A stretch of DNA of 64,000 nucleotides from Thiopseudomonas sp. (GCA_035271365.1 DATERS010000159.1:14886-78885); one strand, 5' to 3'; shown: positions 43,293 to 55,131, numbered from the stretch's first letter. Notes: generated by a model from the sequence alone, not told the origin. Numbers and translations are program-made.

Positions 43293-43638
43293 GAGATACG
43301 TCGACTCCTAACACTAAAAAATAAAAGGGCTTTGTAACCCTACACAGGCGTATATTCTAAATAAGCATCCACAACCTGACATGCCACAGATACTAAACTC
43401 TACAGGCAGACAAGCAACCTATTACACATGGGCTTAAATGTCTGCATGCTTGCACATGTATTACCTATATTAGCAAATATAATAGTAAAACTAATACAAT
43501 TAGACACTAACAGCATAATTATATAGATATATGATGCTTGAATGCACTAAAAGTGCAGAAAACCATTCATCTCAGCGCTATCAGCTCAACTTCCGCGTGG
43601 ATTAAACAGCGACTTTCTACAGCCATGCGTCCCATCAA

Positions 43639-44427
43639 TTACCAGCTAAAGGTATCAGCATCTAAATAAGCGGGAAAACGTCGCTTAAATTCAGCAAGTT
43701 TAGCGGCCTGCAGCGACACATAGAAAATACCAGCCTGATTACCCGCCGTCACTAATGGTTCACCCATAAAGTCCAGCACTTGGCTATCACCACTGTAATC
43801 ATGCCCTTGCTGGTCAACCCCGGTGCGGTTCACTCCTGCCACATAGCACAGATTTTCAATCGCTCGTGCTGGCAGTAAATGATTCCATGCGGCTCGACGC
43901 ACTGCTGGCCAACTGGCTAGATAAAACAACAGGTCCGTATGCTGTGCGTCACGACTCCACACGGGAAAACGCAAGTCATAGCAAATCAGTGGACGAATAC
44001 GCCAGCCTTTAAGTTCAACCTGTAATTGCTGCGTACCTGCAGTGAAGTGATGATGCTCACCGGCCATACGAAACAAATGACGTTTATCATAATGCGCCAA
44101 GCTGCCATCAGGTCGCGCCCAAATCAGACGGTTGCGATAATCTCCATCTGCAACCTGAACAATTAAGCTGCCACACACCACTGCATTTAAACGCTGCGCC
44201 TGCTGCAACAACCATTGCGTGGTTGGCCCCATCTCTGGCTCAGCTTGAGCGACTGAATCCATGGTAAAGCCCGTATTAAACATCTCAGGCAATAGCAGCA
44301 AATCAACCGGTTCAGCATCCGCCAGCACACTGGAAAAATACGCCAAATTAGCCGGCACATCATGCCACTGCAAAGGCCCTTGTACGATTGCTAAACGCAA
44401 ATCAGGCAAAGAGCTTAAATCGCGCAT
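43639..44427 (-). CDS. carbon-nitrogen hydrolase (nitrilase superfamily, omega-amidase/YafV-like)
   Basis: 262 aa containing LLLPEMF (catalytic Glu) and LICYDLRFP (catalytic Cys). Confidence 0.85.
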   Translation of the reverse strand: MRDLSSLPDLRLAIVQGPLQWHDVPANLAYFSSVLADAEPVDLLLLPEMFNTGFTMDSVAQAEPEMGPTTQWLLQQAQRLNAVVCGSLIVQVADGDYRNRLIWARPDGSLAHYDKRHLFRMAGEHHHFTAGTQQLQVELKGWRIRPLICYDLRFPVWSRDAQHTDLLFYLASWPAVRRAAWNHLLPARAIENLCYVAGVNRTGVDQQGHDYSGDSQVLDFMGEPLVTAGNQAGIFYVSLQAAKLAEFKRRFPAYLDADTFSW

Positions 44428-45566
44428 AACGCCTCTCCAGCCAAAACCAATGTATCGGCACGTTTAGCAAAGCACACCCGTAGTAAAAACTGATCCTTGG
44501 GCGGTTGCTGATAAAAGACCGACAATGGGATACAAGCCACACCCTTTTCAACCGTCAACCAATGGGCCATTTCCACATCATTGAGATCATCACGGATGGC
44601 GCGATAATCCAACAACTGAAAGTAGGTACTGGCCGTCGGAGTAAAAGTAAAACGTGAGCCTTGTAAAGACTGACATAACTGATCGCGTTTATGCTGATAA
44701 AACGCCGGTAACTCATCCACATGCTCTGGATAAGCCTGCATAAAATCAGCTAAAGCATACTGCATCGGTGTCACTGCACAGAAACTCACATATTGGTGCA
44801 CTTTACGCAGCTCTGTAGTCAACTGAGGTGGCGCAACCATATAGCCAGTTTTCCAACCGGTGACATGGTAGGTTTTACCAAATGAGCTGACCACACAAGC
44901 GCGCTGATAGAGTTCTTGATGCGCTAAAATACTGCAATGCGATTGGCCATCAAACACCAAGTGTTCGTACACCTCATCACTGAGCACATAAATATCACGC
45001 TCACGAATCAACTCAGCCAGCTGATTTAAATCAGCATGACTCAGCACAGCACCACTGGGATTATGCGGACTATTAATAATCACTAGACGAGTTTTATCGG
45101 TCAGCGCATCGGCAAACTGCTGCCAATCCACGGAAAAATCATGACTATCAAGAGGAATATGCACACAACGTCCACCGGCTAAGTTCACCGCTGGCTCATA
45201 GCTGTCGTAACAAGGATCAAAGACAATCACCTCATCGCCTGCACGCACCAGCGCTTGGATGGCACAGAACAACGCCTGGGTTGCACCTGGAGTAATAGTC
45301 ACTTCTTGCTCAGCACAGACGGGATTGCGATATAAACGGGCTATCTTACTGGCCACCTGTTCACGCAACGCTTGCACACCCGTCATCGGTGCATATTGAT
45401 TATGCCCCGCATTCACATGCCGTTGCAGCGCCTCTTGCAGAGCCAGCGGCGCATCAAAATCCGGAAAGCCTTGGGATAAATTCAGCGCAGCATGGGTCTG
45501 GGCTAACTGTGACATCTGCGTAAAGATGGTTAAGCCAATTTGAGGTAATTTACTCTGCAACTGCAT
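44415..45566 (-). CDS. PLP-dependent aminotransferase (methionine aminotransferase YbdL-like)
   Basis: Contains NSPHNPSG and SFGKTY (PLP lysine). The start is trimmed to MQLQSKLPQ. Confidence 0.85.
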   Translation of the reverse strand: MQLQSKLPQIGLTIFTQMSQLAQTHAALNLSQGFPDFDAPLALQEALQRHVNAGHNQYAPMTGVQALREQVASKIARLYRNPVCAEQEVTITPGATQALFCAIQALVRAGDEVIVFDPCYDSYEPAVNLAGGRCVHIPLDSHDFSVDWQQFADALTDKTRLVIINSPHNPSGAVLSHADLNQLAELIRERDIYVLSDEVYEHLVFDGQSHCSILAHQELYQRACVVSSFGKTYHVTGWKTGYMVAPPQLTTELRKVHQYVSFCAVTPMQYALADFMQAYPEHVDELPAFYQHKRDQLCQSLQGSRFTFTPTASTYFQLLDYRAIRDDLNDVEMAHWLTVEKGVACIPLSVFYQQPPKDQFLLRVCFAKRADTLVLAGEALCAI

Positions 45567-45633
45567 TTTTATAATTCCTATGCTGAGGTCATCACAACAG
45601 CCAGATGCGGATGCACACACCTGGCTGCACTAC

Positions 45634-47094
45634 TTATTTTTTCTTCTTGCGCTCGTCCCTTTCTTTTTTATTGGCCATTAAGCGACGTTTTTTATTCACT
45701 TGGCGCTCGCTGAGTTTATTTTTCTTACCTTCAAAGGGGTTGGAACCGCCTTTAAACTCAATACGAATCGGCGTACCCACCAGTTTCAACACGCGGCGGT
45801 AAGTGTTTTCTAAATAACGCACATAACTTTTAGGTACCGCAGCCACCTGATTACCATGAATAATAATCAGCGGTGGGTTCGCGCCACCTAAGTGCGCATA
45901 ACGCAACTTAATACGGTGTCCAGCAATCATCGGCGGCTGGTGCTCACGTACTGCATCTTCAAGAATCTGCGTTAAGCGATTGGTCGGCCAGCGCGTAATC
46001 GCTGAAGTAAAGGCATTTTGTACTGACTTGTACAAATGACCCACACCCGTGCCATGCAAAGCAGAGATAAAGTGAATATCAGCAAATTCAACAAAGTATA
46101 AGCGACGCTCCAACTCTTTCTTGGCGTATTCGCGTTCGCTCGGCTGCATGCCATCCCACTTATTCAGTGCGATCACAATGGCGCGGCCTGACTCTAGAGC
46201 AAAGCCTAACAAGTTCAAGTCGTGATCCACCACACCTTCGCGGGCATCCATGACAAAGATTACCACGTTAGCGTCTTTAATCGCCTGTAGGGTTTTCACC
46301 ACTGAGAACTTTTCAACTTCCTCAGAGATTTTACCGCGACGACGCACACCGGCCGTATCAATCAAAGTGTATTTTTCATCACCACGTTCAAACGGGATAT
46401 AAATACTGTCACGCGTGGTACCGGGCTGATCAAACACCACCACACGCTCTTCACCGAGCATACGGTTGACCAGTGTTGATTTACCCACGTTTGGACGGCC
46501 AATAATGGCAATTTTGATACCATCTTTCGCATCCGGACCCGGCACACGTTTAAGGTCCTGTCCTTCAACTAAGTTGTCTAAATCAACTTCATCAACAATG
46601 TCTATAGGAAAGTCACCCAATCCTAATTCCATCATCTGCGTGATACCACGGCCATTCGCCGCAGCAATGGCTACCGATTGACCTAAGGCCAGCGGGCTAA
46701 ATTCAGCCAGAGCAATATTCTCATCGATATGATCGACTTTATTCACCACAACCAAGGTGGTTTTATTACGCTTACGTAAGTGTTCGCCAATCATTTGATC
46801 CGCAGGGCACATGCCATCGCGCGCATCAACTAGAAACAACACCACATCCGCTTCTTCAATCGCCAAGAGCGACTGTTCAGCCATTTTCGCATCAATACCT
46901 TCCTCGTCACCGGTAATACCACCCGTGTCGATCAAAATATAACTGCGATCCTGCCACTTCGCTTCGCCATATTGGCGGTCACGCGTCAGTCCAGGAATAT
47001 CGCCTACAATCGCATCGCGGGATCTAGTCAGGCGGTTAAACAACGTCGATTTGCCGACATTCGGTCGGCCCACCAGAGCAATTACGGGAACCAT
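45634..47094 (-). CDS. der: ribosome biogenesis GTPase Der (EngA)
   Basis: Two G domains, each with GRPNVGKST. The start is trimmed to MVPVIALVG, which is preceded by the SD GGAGGAG. The longer ORF start lies in the terminator T-tract. Confidence 0.96.
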   Translation of the reverse strand: MVPVIALVGRPNVGKSTLFNRLTRSRDAIVGDIPGLTRDRQYGEAKWQDRSYILIDTGGITGDEEGIDAKMAEQSLLAIEEADVVLFLVDARDGMCPADQMIGEHLRKRNKTTLVVVNKVDHIDENIALAEFSPLALGQSVAIAAANGRGITQMMELGLGDFPIDIVDEVDLDNLVEGQDLKRVPGPDAKDGIKIAIIGRPNVGKSTLVNRMLGEERVVVFDQPGTTRDSIYIPFERGDEKYTLIDTAGVRRRGKISEEVEKFSVVKTLQAIKDANVVIFVMDAREGVVDHDLNLLGFALESGRAIVIALNKWDGMQPSEREYAKKELERRLYFVEFADIHFISALHGTGVGHLYKSVQNAFTSAITRWPTNRLTQILEDAVREHQPPMIAGHRIKLRYAHLGGANPPLIIIHGNQVAAVPKSYVRYLENTYRRVLKLVGTPIRIEFKGGSNPFEGKKNKLSERQVNKKRRLMANKKERDERKKKK

Positions 47095-47109
47095 TGGCTC
47101 CTCCAGCGA

Positions 47110-47155
47110 TAATTCAAAAAACACAAAAGCCGCTGTCGACCTAACGACAGCGGCT
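47110..47155 (-). terminator. rho-independent terminator/attenuator between bamB and der
   Basis: On the minus strand, AGCCGCTGTCG-TTAGGT-CGACAGCGGCT is followed by TTTTGTGTTTTTT. Confidence 0.7.
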
Positions 47156-47192
47156 AAACTCTTTGTTAGACAAAATAAATTGATCTAACCCT

Positions 47193-48353
47193 TTACTTAA
47201 TGGTTAAAGCAACCAGCTTGCCGCCATTACCATAAACATACAGCCAGCCGCCAACCACTAAGGGTTGTACACGTAATCCTTTACCATCAATTTTTGTACG
47301 TGCAACAAAGCGACCATCCACTTGGCTCAGCACGTGCAAGTAGCCAGCATAATCACCGACGGCGATATAGCTTGAAAAGACTGCCGGAGCTGATAACTGT
47401 CGACGTAGTAAAGCTTTATTGCTCCACATCGCCGCAGATGAACGCTCGTCCACACTTTCAATCACACCCTCTGCCAAGCTGACATAGGCATTACCAAAAC
47501 CTTCTGCGGCACCCACATAACTCGATGCATCACGCTGCCAGAACACTTCACCGCTTTGGGCATTGAGTCCAGCAACACGGCCTTGATAACTGGTGACATA
47601 CAAGGTGTTACCTGACAGTAATAAGCTACCATCGATATCGACCATACGCTCAAGCTCAGTACGACCACTGGGCACAGCAATCCGCTGCTCCCAAATCGGT
47701 AAGCCACGCTCAGTATCAACCGCAATCACTTTGCCTGTCGATAAACCTGCGTAAGCAACATACTCAGTGAGAAGTGGTGTACCCGTACCGCGCAAAGTCA
47801 GCACGGCAGGCGTATTGTCATAAATCCAACGCTGTTGACCTGTTGATGCTTCTAAAGCGATCAAACGGTCATCTTGGGTTTGCACAACCACAACATCACC
47901 GTTGGTTGCTGGAGCAGAAAGCACCTCACTGGGTACTTTACTGCGCCACAAGTCTTCACCAGTCTCCGCATTGAGAGCAATCACATCACCACTCAAGGTG
48001 CCCAGCAAAACCATGCCTGCGCCAACACCGACACCACCGGAAACATCCAGTTTGAGCTTACGCGTCCAAATCGACTTACCGGTAAAACGATCCAGCGCAG
48101 ATACACGTCCGTTCACATCAGTGACAAATAAATGATCACCATCCACGGCAGGCGTCAAGGTATTCCACAACTTGCCTTGGCCCTTACCAATGGATGTACT
48201 CCATTCTTTTTTCAGCTGGATTTCCGATGAAATTTTTTCTAACGCCTGCGGTTTTAATTCTTTTTTGCTGCTACTGCTGCAACCCACTGTAAACAGCGCT
48301 AAAGCAAGCACAGCCATATACTTGTATCGTTTCAAGTTAGGCATCCTTATCAT
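47193..48353 (-). CDS. bamB: outer membrane protein assembly factor BamB
   Basis: Lipobox FTVGCSS and PQQ-like beta-propeller repeats. The exact start is uncertain, with candidates at 48353, 48344 and 48317. Confidence 0.93.
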   Translation of the reverse strand: MIRMPNLKRYKYMAVLALALFTVGCSSSSKKELKPQALEKISSEIQLKKEWSTSIGKGQGKLWNTLTPAVDGDHLFVTDVNGRVSALDRFTGKSIWTRKLKLDVSGGVGVGAGMVLLGTLSGDVIALNAETGEDLWRSKVPSEVLSAPATNGDVVVVQTQDDRLIALEASTGQQRWIYDNTPAVLTLRGTGTPLLTEYVAYAGLSTGKVIAVDTERGLPIWEQRIAVPSGRTELERMVDIDGSLLLSGNTLYVTSYQGRVAGLNAQSGEVFWQRDASSYVGAAEGFGNAYVSLAEGVIESVDERSSAAMWSNKALLRRQLSAPAVFSSYIAVGDYAGYLHVLSQVDGRFVARTKIDGKGLRVQPLVVGGWLYVYGNGGKLVALTIK

Positions 48354-48981
48354 TTAGATTATCAATTTTCATCAGCAAACTACCGGCTGCAGCCTCAGGC
48401 GACAAAGCCTGCTGAGCTTGCAAATACGCTGCTTTAGCTTCCACAGGACGCTCTAGAATAACTAAAGCATCACCGCGTAATTCTTCTCGTGTTGCTGCAA
48501 AAGCAGGTAACACTTTAGCATCAAGTAAGGCTAAGGCTTGTTCTGCTTGCTCTTGCGCTAACAGCACACGAGCTAAACGTTGGCGAGCCAGCTCAGCCAA
48601 GGTATCGTTAGCCGGCTTAGCTAAAATCACATTCAATTCAAGTGCGGCATCATCCAGCTGATTGCTATCTACAGCAACTTTAACAGCCAATAAGCCGGCG
48701 TACTGAGCATAAGCACTGTTTGCATTGATTTTTTTCAAATCAGCCAACAGTTGCGCGACTTTTTGCGCATCCACTTGATCGCTCGGCACTAAAGCCACAT
48801 CCAGCAACTGCTGATAGACCATAGAAGCCGTCTGTGCTGTTTGTACTTGGTTTTTTTGCCAGGCTTGCCAACCAAATACAATCACCAACGCTAAAGCGCC
48901 ACCCACCAATAATGGCTTACCGTTACGTTGCCACCACTCTTTAATCTGCGCAACTTGTTCTTCTTCAGTGTAATCGCTCAC
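48337..48981 (-). CDS. yfgM: YfgM-family (ancillary SecYEG translocon subunit, TPR-like) protein
   Basis: 214 aa with one N-terminal transmembrane segment and an Ala/Leu/Gln-rich helical region, located between hisS and bamB. Confidence 0.85.
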   Translation of the reverse strand: MSDYTEEEQVAQIKEWWQRNGKPLLVGGALALVIVFGWQAWQKNQVQTAQTASMVYQQLLDVALVPSDQVDAQKVAQLLADLKKINANSAYAQYAGLLAVKVAVDSNQLDDAALELNVILAKPANDTLAELARQRLARVLLAQEQAEQALALLDAKVLPAFAATREELRGDALVILERPVEAKAAYLQAQQALSPEAAAGSLLMKIDNLNDKDA

Positions 48982-49015
48982 GCTGAGACTCCTATTTAAT
49001 AAATAATGCGTCGTC

Positions 49016-50296
49016 TTACAGGCTGTTTTTTAAGTATTCGCTTAAAGCATCCCAAGTAACCGACTGCTGCTCAGCGTCAGTACGCAACGGTTTAATCGCT
49101 ACGGTTTTGGATTGCAGTTCATCTTCGCCCAATATTAAGGCATATAATGCACCACTTTTGTCAGCTTTTTTGAACTGACTTTTAAAACTACCTGCACCGG
49201 CATTCACTTGTAAGCGCAATCCAGGCAATGCATCACGCAATTGCTCAGCTAAAGATAAGGCGGCTAACTCGCTGGCCTCACCAAAGGCACAAAAATAGAC
49301 ATCAATCTGACGCGACAGTTCTTCAGGGATTTGATCTAAAGTTTCCAGCATCAAAATCAAACGCTCCACACCCATGGCAAAACCCACAGCCGGTGCAGCT
49401 CGTCCACCCAATTGTTCTAGCAGACCATCATAACGACCACCGGCACAGACGGTACCTTGCGAGCCCAGTTGATCAGTGACCCACTCAAAGACTGTTTCAC
49501 TGTAATAATCCAAACCACGCACTAAGCGCTGATTGATCACATAAGGCACACCGGCAACATCCAAGCGCGCACGTAAACCCGCAAAATGCGCACGTGAGGC
49601 CTCATCTAAATAGTCACTCAACTGTGGTGCATCAGCTAACAAGGCTTGCGTGCTGGCTGATTTACTATCTAGCACTCGTAAAGGATTAGTCAGAACACGG
49701 CGCTGGCTGTCTTCATCCAGCTGATCATGACGCGCGCTTAAATACTCAACCAAAGCGTCACGGTACACCGCACGCGAGGCAGATGTTCCCAAGCTATTCA
49801 GCTCAAGAGTGACATGCTCACTAATGCCCAACTTTTTCCATAAACGCCAGGTTAAAATAATCAGCTCAGCATCAATGTCAGGACCGGCCAAGTTAAAGGC
49901 TTCGACACCAATTTGCTGAAACTGACGGTAACGGCCTTTTTGCGGGCGTTCGTGGCGAAACATTGGACCTTGGTACCAGAGTTTTTGCACTTGACCACCA
50001 CCGGCCAAACTGTGCTCTAGCACAGCACGGACGCAACTGGCTGTACCTTCTGGGCGCAAGGTCAGTGAGTCACCATTACGATCGGCAAAGGTGTACATTT
50101 CTTTTTCAACGATATCGGTCACTTCACCAATCGAGCGTTTAAACAACTCGGTGAATTCCACTATCGGCATACGAATTTGACGGTAGCCGTAGCCATCCAA
50201 CAAATCAGCAACGGTTTTTTCAAAATAACGCCACAGCGGAGTTTGCTCTGGCAAAATATCATTCATGCCGCGAATGGCTTGTAGTGGTTTACTCAC
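49016..50296 (-). CDS. hisS: histidine--tRNA ligase
   Basis: 426-aa class II aaRS containing [14 protein letters not shown] and RGLDYY. Confidence 0.97.
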   Translation of the reverse strand: MSKPLQAIRGMNDILPEQTPLWRYFEKTVADLLDGYGYRQIRMPIVEFTELFKRSIGEVTDIVEKEMYTFADRNGDSLTLRPEGTASCVRAVLEHSLAGGGQVQKLWYQGPMFRHERPQKGRYRQFQQIGVEAFNLAGPDIDAELIILTWRLWKKLGISEHVTLELNSLGTSASRAVYRDALVEYLSARHDQLDEDSQRRVLTNPLRVLDSKSASTQALLADAPQLSDYLDEASRAHFAGLRARLDVAGVPYVINQRLVRGLDYYSETVFEWVTDQLGSQGTVCAGGRYDGLLEQLGGRAAPAVGFAMGVERLILMLETLDQIPEELSRQIDVYFCAFGEASELAALSLAEQLRDALPGLRLQVNAGAGSFKSQFKKADKSGALYALILGEDELQSKTVAIKPLRTDAEQQSVTWDALSEYLKNSL

Positions 50297-50312
50297 AAAA
50301 ATTCCTTGATGA

Positions 50313-51422
50313 TTAACTGCGTACGATCAGCGCAGCCTCAGCTGCAACTTTATCACTGGCACGCTTGCGAATCAGCGCTTCAAGCTGATCCACTAAATTT
50401 TCATTATTCAGCTTCTGTACCGGCTTACCATCGATATACACCAAGTTGGGTGTGCCACCCGTTAAGCCGACATGCACTTCTTTTGCTTCGCCAGGGCCAT
50501 TGACCACGCAGCCAATTACGGCTACATCCAACGGCACCAGTAAATCTTCTAAACGCACCTCCAACTCATTCATGGTTTTCACCACATCAAAGTTTTGTCT
50601 GGAGCAACTTGGGCAGGCAATAAAGTTAATGCCGCGTGAGCGCAATTTCAGTGATTTCAAAATATCGAAACCGACTTTAATTTCTTCAACCGGATCTGCT
50701 GCCAATGAGACACGTAGCGTATCGCCAATGCCCTCCGCTAATAGCATGCCCAGTCCGACTGCAGATTTAACCGTACCCGAACGTAAACCACCCGCCTCAG
50801 TAATACCTAGGTGTATGGGTTGCTCAATCACTTGGGCTAATTGACGGTACGCAGCCACGGCCATAAACACATCAGAGGCTTTAACACTGACTTTAAAATC
50901 CGGATAGTTTAGACGATCCAAGTGTTCAACATGGCGTAATGCTGACTCAACCAGTGCTTCTGCTGTTGGCTCACCGTATTTCTTCTGTAAATCCTTCTCT
51001 AACGAACCGGCATTGACACCGATACGAATCGGAATACCACGATCACGCGCCGCATCCACCACGGCTTTAACCCGTGCTTCATTACCGATATTACCTGGGT
51101 TAATACGCAAACAATCCACACCCAACTCAGCCACGCGCAAGGCAATACGATAGTCAAAGTGGATATCAGCTACTAATGGCGCATTCACCAGCTTTTTAAT
51201 ACGGCCAAATGCTTCAGCCGACTCCATATCAGGTACCGACACACGTACGATATCTGCACCGGCATTTTCTAATCGCAAAATTTGCGCAACGGTGGCATCA
51301 ACATCACAGGTATCGGTATTGGTCATACTCTGTACGCTAATCGGGGCATCACCACCGACCGCTACTGATCCGACATAAATTTTTCGAGAAATACGACGCT
51401 TAATTAAAGATTGTCCATGCAT
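50313..51422 (-). CDS. ispG: 4-hydroxy-3-methylbut-2-en-1-yl diphosphate synthase (flavodoxin)
   Basis: 369 aa with the Cys motifs ACPSCSR and GCVVNGPGE. Confidence 0.97.
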   Translation of the reverse strand: MHGQSLIKRRISRKIYVGSVAVGGDAPISVQSMTNTDTCDVDATVAQILRLENAGADIVRVSVPDMESAEAFGRIKKLVNAPLVADIHFDYRIALRVAELGVDCLRINPGNIGNEARVKAVVDAARDRGIPIRIGVNAGSLEKDLQKKYGEPTAEALVESALRHVEHLDRLNYPDFKVSVKASDVFMAVAAYRQLAQVIEQPIHLGITEAGGLRSGTVKSAVGLGMLLAEGIGDTLRVSLAADPVEEIKVGFDILKSLKLRSRGINFIACPSCSRQNFDVVKTMNELEVRLEDLLVPLDVAVIGCVVNGPGEAKEVHVGLTGGTPNLVYIDGKPVQKLNNENLVDQLEALIRKRASDKVAAEAALIVRS

Positions 51423-51424
51423 AA

Positions 51425-52402
51425 TTATTGGCCCAGTTTAATTCTGGCAGTTTCACCACGAATCGCCGAACTGATATCGACAGGTTCACCATTATAAAGA
51501 ACGCTAACGCCTGTGGCGTAGCCTAAGTGCACATCCAGTGGTGCTTTACCGGTCACATGCAGTTGTTCCCCTGCACGCTTAATTCCACTCATCACTTCCT
51601 TACCATCTGCATCAACAATGCGTAACCAGCAGTCATTTTCAAAACTTAACTGCAAATCACCGATACCTGGCGCATATTCAACTTTTTTTTTCGCCTCAGG
51701 GATCAGCGTCTCTGCTACTTTTTGCTTAACTACTGGCTGTGCTATAACTTGAGCTTCGATAACCTTTTCAGCAGTTGACTCGTTTTCAATAGGTGTCTCA
51801 TCGAGTTGCAACTCTAAATCGACGGCATCAACAGATTCATCCAAGTCTAAGTACTCAATCGACTCTGCAAGCGCGGCGGCCACCGCTTGATCTTCAGGCT
51901 CATCTAACCTTTGTATATGCACTGAACCATCAGCACGCTCTACTTCAACCCGCTCAAATATAGCGGATTGACCGGATGTATCGGGTTCTACTGCAGTAAA
52001 GGTTTTCCACCCATAATAAACTGCACCTAAAACGATTAAAAAGATAAAAAAAGCGCTAAATTGCAACATGCCACGCGACATACGGCGTGCTTCGCCGACT
52101 TGATCGACAGTCTGCACCGATACACTATCGACACTGCTACCCGTTTGCTTATCAAACTGTTTAACTAATTGTTCAGCATCCAGGCCCAACAATTTTGCAT
52201 AATTGCGAATATAGCCTCGGGCAAAAGTTAACCCTGGTAGGCGTTCAAGTGCGTTTGTTTCAAGCGCTTCAACCGCTTGCGCAGTTAAATTTAATTTTTT
52301 AGCGACTTCAGATACTGTTAAGCCAGCAGCCACACGTGCATCACGTAATGCGCCGCCCACTACCATAGTTCTCGTATCTGTCACTGGAGATGATTCGCTC
52401 AT
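51425..52402 (-). CDS. rodZ: cytoskeleton protein RodZ (HTH plus DUF4115)
   Basis: N-terminal XRE-type HTH, one transmembrane segment, an acidic linker and a C-terminal DUF4115-like domain. Confidence 0.85.
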   Translation of the reverse strand: MSESSPVTDTRTMVVGGALRDARVAAGLTVSEVAKKLNLTAQAVEALETNALERLPGLTFARGYIRNYAKLLGLDAEQLVKQFDKQTGSSVDSVSVQTVDQVGEARRMSRGMLQFSAFFIFLIVLGAVYYGWKTFTAVEPDTSGQSAIFERVEVERADGSVHIQRLDEPEDQAVAAALAESIEYLDLDESVDAVDLELQLDETPIENESTAEKVIEAQVIAQPVVKQKVAETLIPEAKKKVEYAPGIGDLQLSFENDCWLRIVDADGKEVMSGIKRAGEQLHVTGKAPLDVHLGYATGVSVLYNGEPVDISSAIRGETARIKLGQ

Positions 52403-53163
52403 TACTGCTCCGTTTGATACTGTTTATACTCAGCGCTGGCAGGATACAAGCGCTTGAGCTGCAGCCCTAAACTAGCGGCTTGATTACGATCTTCAAAAAT
52501 CTTTGCTAAGCGGTATCCGAGTAATAAACTGCGCGCAGAATGTTCACCCTGCTGCAGAAAAGACTGATAATACCCTTGTGCCGGAACATACTTACGGCGC
52601 TCGTACATTAACAAAGCCAACTCTAACTGTACTTGCGGTTGCTGCGGATTGAGCCGTAAAGAACGCTCAAAATGCTGGGTTGCTAGCGTTTTATTATTTA
52701 AGCGCAAGGCTGTTAAACCTAAATTTTCAAAAACACGTGAGCGGCCCACATACATCGTATCTTCGGCTGCACTGGTAAACTGCTCATAAGCACCTTTGTA
52801 ATCGCCTTGCTGATATAAAAAACCACCGTAATTATTTTGAATACGGGTATTTTTACCTTGAGCTAAAGCCTTACGGTAATGCTGCTGAGCTAACACAGGC
52901 TCAAGTTCATTCTGAAACACTAGCGCCAAAGCCGCATGAGCATCAGCACTATTAGGATCAATATCTAAAGCTTTTTGCAGAGGCGCCTTGGCTTGTTCGT
53001 TGATACCTTGCTGTAAATAACCAATACCCAATTGAATATAGGCATCTCGTGCTTGGTTGCGGCCGTCGCTCGTACGCAGTTGCGAGGTACCACCACTGGA
53101 TACACAGGCACTGAGTAGACCGTAAAAAGCCAGTAAAAGTACTGCACGAACAATCATATCCAC
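52402..53163 (-). CDS. pilW: type IV pilus biogenesis/stability TPR lipoprotein PilW (PilF in P. aeruginosa)
   Basis: Lipobox LLSACVS and TPR repeats, located between rlmN and rodZ. Confidence 0.85.
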   Translation of the reverse strand: MDMIVRAVLLLAFYGLLSACVSSGGTSQLRTSDGRNQARDAYIQLGIGYLQQGINEQAKAPLQKALDIDPNSADAHAALALVFQNELEPVLAQQHYRKALAQGKNTRIQNNYGGFLYQQGDYKGAYEQFTSAAEDTMYVGRSRVFENLGLTALRLNNKTLATQHFERSLRLNPQQPQVQLELALLMYERRKYVPAQGYYQSFLQQGEHSARSLLLGYRLAKIFEDRNQAASLGLQLKRLYPASAEYKQYQTEQ

Positions 53164-53210
53164 TTCCTTTAAGCTCGACAGGTTGCAGCAGGGTTAGCAC
53201 GGTGTTTTGT

Positions 53211-54323
53211 TCAACTATTGAGCTGGCGTACCGCAATATAGCGCTCACTGCGACGTGTCCGATCTTGCACCTGCCCCACCAATTGCCCACATGCAGCATC
53301 AATATCTTCGCCACGCGGCATGCGCACGGTCACACTATAACCTGCATGGTGCAAAGTATCTTGGAATCGACGAATGGCATTGTTACTGGGACGCTCATAG
53401 CCTGAGTGCGGGAATGGATTGAACGGGATCAAGTTCACTTTGCAAGGAACATCTTTTAACAGCTCAACCAACTCCTCAGCATGCTCAGGCAGGTCATTAA
53501 TGTCTTTAAGCAAAGTGTATTCAATGGTCAAGTAACGCTTTTCACCCAATTTAGCGACATAGCGTTTGCAGGCATCCAGCACCACATTCAGTGGGTACTT
53601 TTTATTGACCGGCACCAAAGTATTACGTAATACATCATTGGGGGCGTGCAAAGATAAGGCCAGCGACACATCAATATGCTCACCGAGCTTATCAATCATC
53701 GGCGCAACACCTGCCGTTGATAGAGTCACCTTACGCTTGGAAATACCATAACCTAAGTCATCCAGCATAATGGTCATTGCATCAACGACATTATTAAAAT
53801 TCAATAATGGCTCACCCATTCCCATCATCACTACGTTAGTGACCGAGCGCTCAACAGTGCCAGGGATGGAGCCAAATGATTTCGAAGCAATCCAGACTTG
53901 GCCAATAATTTCAGCACTGGTCAGATCACTATTAAAGCCTTGTTTTCCCGTTGAGCAAAAACTGCAATCTAAAGCGCAGCCCGCTTGGGAAGAAACACAT
54001 AAAGTACCGCGCGTACCTTGCGGTATATAAACAGTTTCAACGCAACTGCCTGAAGCGACACGCACCACCCATTTACGGGTGCCATCGCTGGAAATATCTT
54101 GGCTGACGATTTCCGGACCGCGCACTTCAGCACAGGCGGCAAGCTTTTCTTGCAGCACTTTACTGACGTTGGTCATCGCAGAAAAATCATCTACACCAAA
54201 ATGGTGAATCCACTTCATTACCTGGTCGGCACGAAACTTCTTCTCGCCAATAGAAGCGAAAAACTCAATCAATTGTTCGCGCGTTAAGCCAAGTAAATTA
54301 ACTTTTTCAGTTACAGTTGTCAT
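53211..54323 (-). CDS. rlmN: 23S rRNA/tRNA adenine-C2 methyltransferase RlmN (radical SAM)
   Basis: Radical SAM motif [11 protein letters not shown] and a C-terminal CGQL. Confidence 0.96.
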   Translation of the reverse strand: MTTVTEKVNLLGLTREQLIEFFASIGEKKFRADQVMKWIHHFGVDDFSAMTNVSKVLQEKLAACAEVRGPEIVSQDISSDGTRKWVVRVASGSCVETVYIPQGTRGTLCVSSQAGCALDCSFCSTGKQGFNSDLTSAEIIGQVWIASKSFGSIPGTVERSVTNVVMMGMGEPLLNFNNVVDAMTIMLDDLGYGISKRKVTLSTAGVAPMIDKLGEHIDVSLALSLHAPNDVLRNTLVPVNKKYPLNVVLDACKRYVAKLGEKRYLTIEYTLLKDINDLPEHAEELVELLKDVPCKVNLIPFNPFPHSGYERPSNNAIRRFQDTLHHAGYSVTVRMPRGEDIDAACGQLVGQVQDRTRRSERYIAVRQLNS

Positions 54324-54351
54324 GGATTCACCTTTATTTACCTATCCGTTA

Positions 54352-54783
54352 TTAACGGATACGGTCACATACTTCAGTTGCTGCGAAGAAGTATGAAATT
54401 TCACGTGCAGCAGCGGCTTCTGAATCAGAACCGTGTACAGCGTTTTCGTCGATAGATACTGCGAAGTCAGCACGGATAGTGCCAGCTGCCGCTTCTTTAG
54501 GGTTAGTTGCGCCCATCAGGTCACGGTTTGCAGCAATAGCGTTTTCGCCTTCTAGAACCTGAACGATAACAGGGCCTGAAGTCATAAAGCTTACGAGGTC
54601 GTTATAGAAAGGACGCTCTTTGTGCTCAGCGTAGAAACCGCCTGCTTCGCGTGCTGACAGCTGTACCATTTTAGAGGCAACAACACGTAAACCTGCTTTT
54701 TCAAAGCGTGAAACGATTTCGCCAACAACGTTTTTTGCAACTGCATCAGGCTTGATGATTGAGAATGTACGTTGAACAGTCAT
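54352..54783 (-). CDS. ndk: nucleoside-diphosphate kinase
   Basis: 143 aa with the active-site motif NAVHGSD. Confidence 0.97.
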   Translation of the reverse strand: MTVQRTFSIIKPDAVAKNVVGEIVSRFEKAGLRVVASKMVQLSAREAGGFYAEHKERPFYNDLVSFMTSGPVIVQVLEGENAIAANRDLMGATNPKEAAAGTIRADFAVSIDENAVHGSDSEAAAAREISYFFAATEVCDRIR

Positions 54784-54827
54784 GTAGAACTCCAGTGAAT
54801 TAAGTGTTTATAAGGATTAAACCCGCG

Positions 54828-54852
54828 AATTATACGCGGGTTTGTTGGAAAT
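54828..54852 (-). terminator. hairpin after iscX (end of the isc operon), probably a weak terminator
   Basis: AAACCCGCG-loop-CGCGGGTTT. On the minus strand it is followed by TTTAATCC. Confidence 0.5.
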
Positions 54853-54927
54853 GCGTAGCCACTCGCACAGGTACTTGATCCGCTCGTTGTATTTTGCAGC
54901 AATGCACTGCATAAAATGAGCGTGGCC

Positions 54928-55131
54928 TTATTCGATTTCTTCAATCCAAGCGGCTTGAATAGCTTCTAGAACTTTCTCACCAGTGCGCTCAGGATCATCA
55001 TCAAACTCAGGCAGTTCGGTGACTAAGCGACGTAAATTTACAAAATTAATATAACGCGGATCAATATCCTCGTGCGCTTCACTGAGTTGAATCGCAATTT
55101 CCAGCACATCCACCCACTTTAATTTCATCAT
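54928..55131 (-). CDS. iscX: Fe-S cluster assembly protein IscX
   Basis: 67-aa acidic protein beginning MKLKWVDVLEIAIQL, located after fdx. Confidence 0.9.
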   Translation of the reverse strand: MMKLKWVDVLEIAIQLSEAHEDIDPRYINFVNLRRLVTELPEFDDDPERTGEKVLEAIQAAWIEEIE

